DNA from: Macrostomum lignano
Lineage: Eukaryota
DNA length: 30,881 nucleotides
Direction: 5' to 3'
NCBI GenBank assembly: GCA_002269645.1
Contig: NIVC01000786.1
Location: 1-30,881 of the forward strand
The first letter of the stretch is position 1. Each line of letters opens with the position of its first letter. Shown here piece after piece: positions 1 through 12,914 of the stretch. Made by a program: the position numbers and the translations under genes. The notes under the pieces are model-generated. The model had not been told where the DNA came from, ran no database searches, and saw nothing but the letters and a program-made list of their open reading frames with translations.

Positions 1-328
1 TTAATGTCATAACAATAATACATTCCTTTATTCTATTGCAAATTTTGGCATTATTCTCAAATTGTTCATTGAATCATTTTTTCAATATTTTTTGCATTTT
101 CCTACTTAAAATGCTGATTTAGAATGTTTAGACATGCCTGAAGCTATTAAAACAGTAAAAATAGCAACTTTGTTTTTTAGCACTTTTTCTTTCTTTAGCA
201 ATTCCTAAGGATTCCTAATAATTCAAAGTTTCAAAGTTTTTTATTTCTGATTGGTACAAAAATGTGGGAAACAAAAAACAATCAATTAGAAACAATGATG
301 CAATGAATGTCAAGACTTGTGTAAAAAC

Positions 329-1362
329 TCAGCAGGGGTAATAATGGGCAATCTAGTATATCAAGTGGCCAAAAGCATTGATAGGATGAAGCGATTACCA
401 AAGAAATTCTTCCAGATATGTGGCAAACAGCACATTGCTAGTTCCATGCAAAAAGCAAAATTTGGTTTTCATGTGGTCCTAAGTTCCTTCAATGTGGTTT
501 GTATAGATGTGCAATGCATTTGGGTTGACAAAATATAGGCAAAGGTTGACTAATGACTATCAAGTGGTTTGGCAATGAGTTGTATGCCTGCCAGCCATTT
601 ATTATGATGTATGACCCTGGTAAGATATAATGTGCGATGATAGGGAGCATGGTGGTAGCCAGGGGCGTAGCCAGGAATTTCCTATGGGGGGTACACCAAG
701 GTAAAAGCGCTATGACAGAGTCACATGGTAGCATGTATAGCAACAAAGGGCAACAAAAAAGTTTTGGTCAGGCTCTTCAGGGGGGGATACATCCCCCCTA
801 TCCCCCATCCCTATGCCCCTGGTGGCAGCCTTATGGTCTAGAACAACTACTATCATACACTGAGTTGAACAATACTTCACCATGCTAGGCACCTACTGAC
901 CAGGTTAGAAGGCATCCTGATAGAACTTACAGTGCATGAAATAAGACTTGTCAACCTCTATATCAACACTAGAGCTACCAAGCTAGACTAGGTGGTCTTC
1001 TAGCACCTGGGCATATATATTGCAAATAAAGTTTTGCCAGTCTACTATAGCCTGGTAGCCAATACCTGTCTAGATACAACACTCAGACTGTTTTGCTTGC
1101 AGTGTCTACCAATATACAAAATATGACAATCTGCTATAAGGATAGTTTTTGATGCTTCAAAGAACAAATCTTTGTGCATAGACACTTGAATATGGCATAC
1201 TATGCAAGCCCAAGCAATACCATCAATGTACTAGTCTCTAGGATTGTATTATAGATGCATAGGTGCATCACTAGCCCTACAATCATATTGGTTCTTAAAG
1301 AGTCAGTAGATTGCTAGCCATTCCATAGTCTAGATCATGCTGGGTGCATACCTAAACAATAG
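329..1362 (-). pseudogene. Merlin-superfamily (IS1595/ISXO2-like DDE) transposase pseudogene, near full length, about a dozen premature stops and about 3 frameshifts
   Basis: Manual minus-strand translation after removing the 660-821 insert: LFRYAPSMI*TMEWLAIY*LFKNQYDC...IDGIAWACIVCH...HKDLFFEASK/LSL*QIVIF/VYW*...IVDWQNFICNIYAQVLEDHLV*LGSSSVDIEVDKSYFMHCKFYQDAF*PGQ*VPSMVKYCSTQCMIVVVLDHKAATMLPIIAHYILPGSYIIINGWQAYNSL...YFVNPNALHIYTNHIEGT*DHMKTK...TYLEEFLW*...IAHYYPC*. This matches, in order, the known Merlin motifs VEIDES, GQWVFG, DRxAATLLPII..ILPG..I.SDGWxAY, FVxP...HTNxIEGxW and YLxEFxW. Confidence 0.85.
660..821. mobile_element. hAT-type MITE (162 bp) nested in the Merlin transposase
   Basis: Terminal inverted repeats CAGGGGCGTAG (660-670) and CTATGCCCCTG (811-821) match at 10/11. 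An 8-bp target duplication GTGGTAGC (652-659) / GTGGCAGC (822-829) matches at 7/8. Excision restores the Merlin frame LDHKAATMLPII. An 8-bp TSD with CAG termini is typical of hAT. Confidence 0.85.
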
Positions 1363-1986
1363 TGTTCCGCTATAGCCATAGCTAGGGCTACGGGATCCTA
1401 GGGCAAATACAGTAAAATAGGTGCCTACAGCAGCTACGGATACACCTACGGTAGCTAGCTGCTCTTACGGCTATGACTACAGAAATATGGTAGTTGCTGT
1501 CATATTCTGTAGATTCCCATAGCCATAGTTATTAATATTAAAAAATTGAAAAAATATTAGAAACAGGTAGAATAAAACAAAGATATTTTTGGTAAACTGT
1601 ATTATCAGCCTATAAACTTATAAAATATATATAAAAAAGTACAATAAAACACTAGCAAACTCTAATTTTAATTTATGTAAAAATGTTTTGCGCTAGTACT
1701 TTCAGTAACGATTAAGACGTATTGTTGCTCTGAAAAAAGACAAAATATAATCTTACAAGGGCAATCGAGTGTTCTTTTTTTTTCTAACTTAATTTGCAAT
1801 TTTTTAAGCACTAGGTTATCCTCTTGATTCAAAATATTTTGTTTTCTAGACTTTTTGTTAGAACTATGGCTACGGCTACGGGAACTATGGAATATGGTAA
1901 TTTTGAGGTCCCTATAACTATGGAATACAGAGAATTGGAATAAGCCATAGTTTTGCTTATGGCTATGACTACAGTATATGGACCCT
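1363..1986. mobile_element. Degenerate non-autonomous element with GGCTAC/GTAGCC subterminal repeats at both ends and an AT-rich core
   Basis: Clusters of ggctacggctacgg and variants (ggctatgactacag, ctatagccatag) at about 1370-1530 and 1865-1980. It interrupts the 5' end of the Merlin ORF. Termini and TSD are not resolved. Confidence 0.35.
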
Positions 1987-2629
1987 CCTTATGGCGGAAC
2001 AGTACCAAACAAAAATTGAATAATTACAAATGCACAGCTAAAAAAAATTGAGTGCATACCTATTCTCAAAACTACACCAATGTTGCCACAATAAATGATG
2101 TTTTTCTACATTGTGACAATAAATGATCTTTTTAAATTGAAAAAATGGACCCTTTTGGCATATAATTTAGTAATTTTTTTTGTTTTTTTGGCAATACTAT
2201 TTACAGTAGAAAATTGATACAAACAAAGATTTGTTTAAATGCTTTATTACATTAAAATGCTTTATTGAAAAATGGGAAAGCTTGAAATTTATGCTTAAAA
2301 TGAATTTGTTTATCCTTTTTCTATTTTATAATAACTTTTCCACATTATTCTATAAAGTGTATGCCAGGCATGCATACATACTATTTTCTTAGAAGTGATG
2401 CACACCAACTGTGCATGCTTACTTTTGGCATGCAAGGCCAATGCACACCCAAATTTTTGGGCATATACTATATGATCCAGAGTGTGGCAGCCATTCAATA
2501 GTTTGTGAGATGTCCTATGTTAGCCTAGCTAACTTTGCCATTGGCATGTTTCTTTTACCTTAATAGTATTATGTAACAAATTCAGACTCACAATAAATGA
2601 TGATGCTATAAGATAGCCTCCTAGTATAC

Positions 2630-3250
2630 TATTGATAGATTTTGCTAGATGGTCAACTATGGACCATCATTCAAGAAGTATGATTTCAAGGCTTAATGAA
2701 AATTGCATTATCAATATATAATTAAGATTGAAAAACTTTATAACAAAAAGCTCAATGATGTATACAACTATGCTAAAAAGAATGTCTAGCAGCAGCTTGA
2801 CGGCTTGACGTTAATAGCAACTACATATGGCATTTGGTCAGAAAAGGGCTTGTCTTTTTCATCATTTTTTAGCATAATTTTCATCACCCCACACTTAAAG
2901 GTTACGAACAAAGATAAAAAATAATTAAACGCGGGAAAGTTCATGATCGCCGTTCATACTTCTAACATTGCAAGTGTGCAAAGTGATATTCTCATTGACT
3001 AGAATATTAAGAGTAGGGCCTAAAACAATAGCAATTGTTATTGACAATGCTACTAATATGCTAAAGGCAGTGTGCACAATGCTACCTTCTTCAGCCAATG
3101 GTGCTGCAGCTGATTCCAATTTCTTAGAAAATCTCACAGCTCATAAGCTGAATCTAATTGTGCAAGCTGCATTAAAGTAGCAGCCATCTGTTGAGGCAAT
3201 TATTAGCAAATGCCAACACTTTGTTAGCTCAATGCACAATTCAACAATAT
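2630..3250 (+). pseudogene. hAT transposase fragment
   Basis: Frames give FQGLMKIA, KKLNDVYNYAKKNV*QQL...LIATTYGIWS (TTDxW-like first catalytic motif), KTIAIVIDNATNMLKAV (VTDNAxNM motif) and TAHKLNLIVQAALK*...KCQHFVSS (CxxHxLNL motif). These are hallmark hAT transposase motifs in the correct order. Confidence 0.75.
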
Positions 3251-6200
3251 CTCTAGTATAATCTATATTCATATTCATATGATATGAATATATAGGCCTA
3301 TATATAATTCTTTCTTCACAGACTTCACTTTGAATAAAAATTATAATTTTTTCTTAATATCAATATCATTATCAGTTTATTCACAAACTAAAAATAGGCT
3401 ATACCCTACATTATAAACAGTTCTAATCGAAAGGTTTAAATTAAAACTATAGATGTTAGTTTTAAACATAGGAAAAACATAGACATAAAAATATAAAATA
3501 TAGATATAGGTCATAGGATTAGGAACACAATTAAAATTGATAATGCCGTTGATGGTGACGTTCATTATGATTTAGGCCCTAATTTTTAACATTGAAGAAA
3601 CCGATGGGCCGCGTTGTTCTAAAAAATACAAATCGAATTCGACATAAACTATCGATAGCTGAGATAGCTATGATCGCTATCTCAGATATTAACATTGATA
3701 TCGATGTCGATATAATTTTATTTTTTTCTAAGATTATGTCATGAGGACGGGGGGTTTTAAGGGTAGTAGTAGTAGTAGTAAGTTTGGTGCAGGCAAGAAG
3801 CCTGTTTGGCCAATAATTTTCAATGCATTTATTAGTAATTCAAGAGTAGAAGGAAATATTTATGCATAAGTACGTGAGTTTTGCAGTAATATAGTATTTG
3901 AAAGAGCGCCTAAATTTTTTCTACGAAACTTCAAACGATCTTTAACGACTAACGAAGCAACGAAGGGTCGCTCTCTTGGCTGCTGGTTGAATTTTAGGCG
4001 CTTTTCGGCCGTTCAAATCGGTGCGGTTTCCGGCGATTCAAACAAACTCGGCGAATTCTCGGCTTGCAGATAACGGGAGCCCGGCTGCTGAGTTCCTCAA
4101 GCTCAGGGGGAGGGAGCTGTGGTCGCGGCTGAGCGGTCTAGTTTTGCCGAGAATTGAATGCCGAATGCAGAAATTGTAGCTGATTACGGGAAACTTAAGA
4201 TAAACTAATTTGTCGAGAGTGTTACTGTAAGTAGTAGTTCGCTGCCGCCACCGTGGTTATACGCGGGAAAAGCTCTAAAGCTCAAAACTAGCTCGAGTTG
4301 CCCTTAGAACTTCTCTTGAAACCACCGAGGGTCAAAATAAAACTTCCGAAGTCACAAAGGCTAAGACACCGTTTCAAACACACACAAAGTTAAATAGGCC
4401 GGAATAGATACTTGGCCGGTGGCTCAATATTATTATTATTGCACAAAACTGATTCTGGCACTCAACTGTAAACAATTAGGTCCACTATTATTATGATAAC
4501 GTGAATTAGTTGTTCAGGAGAGGAGCTGGTCGGGTAGGGAAGCAGGGCTTACGGTAGGGTCCCCTCGAATATCTGGAGCTCGGAGCTCGGGACGGGGTGA
4601 GTTCAAACGAGAAGGGGGTTCCAGTCGAGTCTGGCTGGGAAATGAGGGGCGTAGACTCTTAAATAACGCTCTCATGAGCCACCGAGAGGAAAGGGGTTAC
4701 ACCCGGGTGGGAAGAGAGTTACACACAGAGAAAAAGGGGTCGAGTACACCGGGTGGTGACGATTAAACACCGGGTGTTAACCCTATTCAAAGCACAGTAA
4801 AACAAAGTTACGGAGAGTGGGAGCCCAAAAACACTAAGAGGCTTTTCATATTACCAATTCCAGAATCAGAATCGGTTCGGATCTTCCAAGAAAAACAGCA
4901 GTATAACTATTTAATTCTGTTGAATGTTTGACTGCCTAATTAACAACCTCAGCACAATTTTTCAATTTCTTCTTGGCGATTGTCATTCAATAATAAAAAC
5001 TTTATAGCACGTATCTCCCTCTAGTTATGGAGACAAAAAGTTATACTTCACAAATTGGTTCTGGTTCTGGAACCAGAACAAGCAATATAAAGGCCCTAAG
5101 AGGAAAAAGGGGATTTCCACGCAGGGAAATGACGTCAGCTAGCATGCGTAATCCACACAGAGGAAATAACATTACATTCGGTGGGAATAGTGGGAGGCCT
5201 CGCCTACCATGCACTATTAAAAGCCGATTTAAAAAAAACTTGCATCGACGAATAAAATACGAGCGTAGTTAAACAACCATGCATGCATAAACCACAACGA
5301 AAAAGCCTTTAGGCACAATAAAGACATTTTTTGTTCGAAATGAAGTATTTATTAACGATTTTAAAGATTTTTTATGTTTGATGCCAAATCGGTTCTTCGG
5401 CTATCTACAGCTTGCTCGATCCATAAGGCTCGTAGATCCCTTGCACGCGGGCAACATGGTTTATTGCTTCTGATGTCCCAGAGATCTAACTTCTCGTGAA
5501 AACGGTCCTATATGCAACAATAAACAAGCACTGCATGGCAGCTCTTGTTGGTTAGCTTCTGCTGACTGTCTCGTAGACTGATGCTAGCCGTCTGCATATA
5601 CATATACATGTAAACGTTGTACACAGAATCATTGGTGGCGCCAGCGGCCTGGCTCACTTCCAATTGCCTCCTCCCCAAAAAATTGCGCCTCTAAAAAAAA
5701 CAAAATTAAAAGCCAACCAAATTCAATGAATTTCAGAAATTCTTGCCACCCTGATATAGGACATTGCATCAGAAACAAAGGTACATATAAATCTGTGACG
5801 ATATTGGCGTGGCGGCCTCTAGAACGAGCGAAGACAAATGAATGCGGCAGAGGTGAAATTGTAGCGGTAGCACTTGGCACTTGGCAGTAATTTTAATTAG
5901 CGTTAATACGATATCGCTGGCTGTAGACTTAATTTATTGTTAACCAAAGTACAAGACGTAACAATGCACTGGCGGCTACACAACAATAAAGTATAGCTTA
6001 TGTAGTAGGAGTGGCGTGGCTGAGATTGGCAGAGGCGTGGCTAGAGCCGTGGCGGAGAGAGAGAAGGCGAGCGAATAAGTAAAGGCAGCCAGAGCCTGCA
6101 GTCAACACGGGTTCGCAAGGGTGCGAGAGTCTGAACGAAGTCTAAACAGGCAAGGGCCCCAAACGGGGTGGCGGCGAGCAAAGGCCTAGAGAAATTATCG

Positions 6201-7615
6201 ATCGCGCAAAAACAGGAACAGAAATTATCGATCGCGCGCTGTACGCAGGGTTTACAGTTGTACGCAGTTGATTAAAATTCTTAGGGCACTACTTTAAGCA
6301 GACGTGAGAATACGAAACCGGCAATATTAAAGATTGGTACCGTATGTCAAAACGGCCCTTGGCGGGGCTACTGAAACTGACAACGTCACAATATCATGTA
6401 GCTATAAGGGGCCCCAACTATGAGAGACATGGCGCCCGCCTATAGGAGATAGGGAAAACACCAAATATTGGCGCTGGAGTTACAATTCCTGCGTACATGT
6501 ACGTTACAGCATGTAACGAAGATCGTCAAAGCAAGAAAAAGTTTCGGCAATACGAGTATTTCTGCTTTTTCAGTCACTTTATCAATTATTTAATATTTAG
6601 ATGGATTTTTCTTTGCAAAAAACTCAAAACAACTGAGCTTTTAGCATTGTCTCTCCATTTTTATATTTCCATGTTTTGTTGACCATGCATTTGGCCTGTT
6701 GCCGAAACGCCCAGGCAATATTCGACCCGAGGAAATAAGAGCACAATTTAGAAAAGAATTAAAGAACAACTTTTCACTGGCCCAGGACCAGCTGGACCAG
6801 TGATCCTTGCAGTATAGTGTGGGCATTTTGCGCATGAAAAATTGCAAAGTCGCAATTTCAATGCACTTAATTCAACCAATATAAAGCTTGGTTTTCCCAA
6901 AGGTACAAGTGTGTTCAATAAGCGCTTTTTGACCCCGTTGGAAAGAATTATTCTCGAACGGAGAAAGGACTCATTGAACTTCTGGCTGGAACACTTCAAG
7001 TTGTCGCTTCGAAATGCTCACTCAAAAGTTCATCTCACATTGTACTTTCCGCCATACGAGCGTGTTGCTTCAAATCAGATGCATTTATAAGTAACTGCAA
7101 CACAGAAAACCGAACTTGAGCGCCCTCGATGTTGAGTTACACGCTAGTGAAACTGAATTCCTGATGTAGCACGCGCTGCTTCACACGCAACTTCATGACA
7201 AAAATTGTAAAAACAGATTAGGATATGATGCAAAAGCATATGGTCGGATGTGGTACAGAAAATAAATTATAAACTTATTAATCCATATTATCCATTCAAA
7301 TTTTTTGTTTGCTCAGTTTTTTTACACAGCTCACAGGGCAATAGAATTCCTCTCGGAACTGACAAACGGCGGACACTTCACAGAGATTCACAGAGATTCA
7401 CAGAGATTCAGAACAGTGCGGGGCAGGGCGGGAAGACGGCAGTAGGAATCTGGGAGATCGGGTTTCGCTTGTGCTGTAACATCTGGGCTGCTGCAATGCG
7501 ACGTCTGCAATTTCAGTAGCCATCGGTGCTGCTGCACTTTTCACCGGATAGATAACTGAAAAACCGTGACTGCGTCTTCGGAACAAGTACAGACGAGTAT
7601 GCAGAGACACTAAAA

Positions 7616-9877
<2,262 letters not shown>

Positions 9878-10283
9878 TCGGAGAACCACTAGTTGCAGAA
9901 CCCTATTGAAGGACTTGCGACAGCGGCTCCAATGAGTACCTACCTAAACGTGTACTTTTAAGCCACTCCAGAGTATTATCTTCAACACAATCTACAGGAA
10001 GCGCGATCTGCAGCCCATCTCTGCCGGATCAGCCATCTGCCTAACGGCCAGCACCGCAACCGTCTCTCATTGGCTCTCGCTGTGAGCCCAGCACTTCCGG
10101 CGGTTGATTTTAACCACTTCGTAAAAAGCGAAGCGCAGCCACAAGTGCAGGCAACGCGGCCCTCTCCGTGGCATTCCAGGCGGCTCCTCTTCCAAGTAAG
10201 GCTCAGCAGGCCCAATCAGCTCACCTGTTCGCCTGTCTGACGCGGCTGAAACGACGCATAGAAAAGCTGCTGCAAACGAGCGT

Positions 10284-10292
10284 CAGGTGAGT
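10284..10292 (+). other. Perfect-consensus 5' splice donor CAG|GTGAGT; possible end of a non-coding leader exon at 10286
   Basis: gcgtcag|gtgagt. No ATG-initiated frame runs into the donor (stops at 10197, 10259 and about 10111 in the three frames), which fits a 5'UTR exon. No transcript evidence. Confidence 0.35.
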
Positions 10293-10968
10293 GACGCCTC
10301 CGTGCAGTTTCCGTGAAGCTTCATCTCTCACGGGTTTTGTTAATTGCCCTGGCAGCAGTCCGTGTCCAGATAGTCGGCCGGTTGCTGCCTGGTTGCCTTG
10401 CGCTGGCCCGTTGGACGCGAGGAACTTGTCTCGCCAAGCGCCCAGTCAGGGCGGTGCAGCTCGTGGGCTTCATGGCGGGATGTCTGGTGGGATGTTTGGC
10501 TATTTTTGACTAACGACCCACCGCGGAATGCATGCGTTTGGGGGGGGGGGCGGGGTTGCCGTGGGCTGCCGGCTTCTTCGCACTTTAGAATTAGGCACTG
10601 AAGTAGTTTCAGTTTTTCTCTTTTGCAGTTGTTCTGCATTTTGGCTCACAGAAAATGCTTCAGACTGCTCGAATGTTCTGTAGTTGGCATGCGCCGGGGC
10701 TACAGTTCGATGTGTTTCAATTGCATGTCCAACCTGACCGCTTCATCCCGAAATTCGCGCTATTTTTAGCCAAAGTACTCGAAGTATTTGCGAATCAGTA
10801 TCAGTGTGCAAAGTCAGACTATTTTTTAGAAGCAAGATGGTTCAAGACACCGTGCACGCGCTGCTGTACTGCAAGTAGTTATGAATGAATGTCTTCTACC
10901 CATGCTGCAGATTCACTGAGCTGCATTTCTGTCCCTCTCAGGCGCGGATCTTCAGCACAAAAGCAGGC

Positions 10969-11068
10969 ATGCTGCATCGACTGTTTCACGGCCGAGACAA
11001 CAGGGACTACAAGCATCACAGAAAGGAGGATGTGGAGCCTGACTTCGCTGAGCGCTCCATCGGGTTCT
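10969..11068 (+). CDS. Candidate alternative first coding exon A of PKA-C: MLHRLFHGRDNRDYKHHRKEDVEPDFAERSIGF + T (phase 1)
   Basis: Pyrimidine-rich acceptor catttctgtccctctcag| at 10941, ATG at 10969, 33 open codons plus 1 nt, then strong donor TTCT|GTGAGT. Phase 1 joins exon 26010 in frame (T+TC = Phe, ...[14 protein letters not shown]). Confidence 0.5.
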
Positions 11069-11165
11069 GTGAGTTGCCGTGCAAACAGAAACTTTTTGAT
11101 GCTTAAAATTTCTTTTGTTGCAGAGAGGGCTGAACTTTAAGGACTATGAAAAATGTAAAAAATCT

Positions 11166-11789
<624 letters not shown>

Positions 11790-12188
11790 GAGCAGCAGCT
11801 GCGGGAGGCAGCGGCCACGGCTGCAGTCCGCCAGCCGAGTCCCCATTGGCCCCGATGACAGTTCTTTCCATCCCATCGGCCTGGAGGCTGGCGGGGGTCT
11901 GCGGGGAAGCCAGCAGCATTTCGCCATCATCGAACCGGCGCTGCTGCGACCGCGGCGGCAGCGGGAAGGGCCGAAGGGCCGGTCGGTCCCAATCTGCAAA
12001 TGGGGATTCGTGCACGAGGATCGTATTGTGCCGCGCAGGGGAAGCGGTGCTGCACTTTCCTGCCCAGACTGGGTGGGGATGGGAAACGGTAGAAAATAGA
12101 AACCATGGGCCCCAGGCACGGCGCAAAAATTTTCCTGTCCTTGCTGCTACACAGTTAACGAAATACACGCGGCATTCAATTCAAGACA

Positions 12189-12225
12189 ATGAAAGAGAAG
12201 GAGCTGGACAAGATGAAGACCTGGT
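12189..12225 (+). CDS. Candidate alternative first coding exon B of PKA-C: MKEKELDKMKTW + T (phase 1)
   Basis: Acceptor tttcctgtccttgctgctacacag| at 12154, in-frame TAA at 12156 upstream of ATG 12189, 12 codons plus 1 nt, then strong donor TGGT|GTAAGT. Joins exon 26010 in frame ([22 protein letters not shown]). Confidence 0.5.
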
Positions 12226-12350
12226 GTAAGTTGCTTTTTTGGTGGCTGTTTTGTTCAAATGGCTCCTTTTGAATGATTTTTGTCAGCAGAAAGGCTTCTA
12301 AATAAAAACTGGATATAGTACATCACTTGAGTTTTCTATGAGTGTAGGAC

Positions 12351-12549
12351 GGAAGCTGGGTCTGCTAGTGAGGGAGGGAAGCTGGGTCTGTCAGTGGGTC
12401 TGCCAGTGAGGGAGGGAAGCTGGGTCTGTCAGTGAGAGAGGGAAGCTGGGTCTCGGTGAGGGAGGGAAGCTGAGTCTGTCAGTGAGGGAGGGGAAAGCTG
12501 GGTCTCGGTGAGGGAGGGAAGCTGGGTCTCGGTGAGGGAGGGAAGCTGG
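12351..12549. repeat. G-rich minisatellite, 24-26-bp unit GGAAGCTGGGTCT(GTCA/CG)GTGAGGGAG, about 8 copies
   Basis: Read directly. Confidence 0.95.
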
Positions 12550-12914
12550 TCAAGGTAGTCCTAACAAAGCTAAGCGCGCTATTACCCGAGCTGGAAAATG
12601 TGAGGACCCGGCAGAAGCACTAACTTGCGAGCGCAGTGGCGGGGAAAAGTCCAAATGGCGGCGATTCCATCTGGATTCCCGAATCCAAATTGCAGCGGCT
12701 TTCGGCATTCGGCAGCCTGAAATGATGGACAGGTCGCTGGTGATGGGGTCGGGGTTTTGCTGGGCAGCAACTGTTGCTGGGTGCCCCCTGCCCCGCCCGG
12801 TCGCTGGGACGGAAGCCGCTATCTGCTAAATGCCTCCTTAGTCTTATGCGTCTTGGCTAATGCGGGGAGATTTCGTAATTTGTGAAGACGAAAGACGGGG
12901 AAGCAGGGGGTCCA

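Noticed and set aside
4069-4232. AG...GTAAGT-bounded segment as a possible exon
   Set aside because: No ATG-led frame reaches the donor, so it cannot be distinguished from chance splice-like motifs.
6680-7090. Protein-like frames on both strands, including a vaguely THAP-like CSSQKF...KKRLLNTLVP
   Set aside because: The C2CH residues are missing, frames are short and stop-bounded, and there are no convincing splice sites. It needs a homology search.
7398-7610. Minus-strand [18 protein letters not shown]... as a possible divergent gene
   Set aside because: No recognisable domain and no supported exon partners in the window.
11124-11154. Mini-exon [10 protein letters not shown] after a good acceptor at 11123
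   Set aside because: The donor (GTAAAA) is weak, and splicing from exon A creates an immediate TAG.
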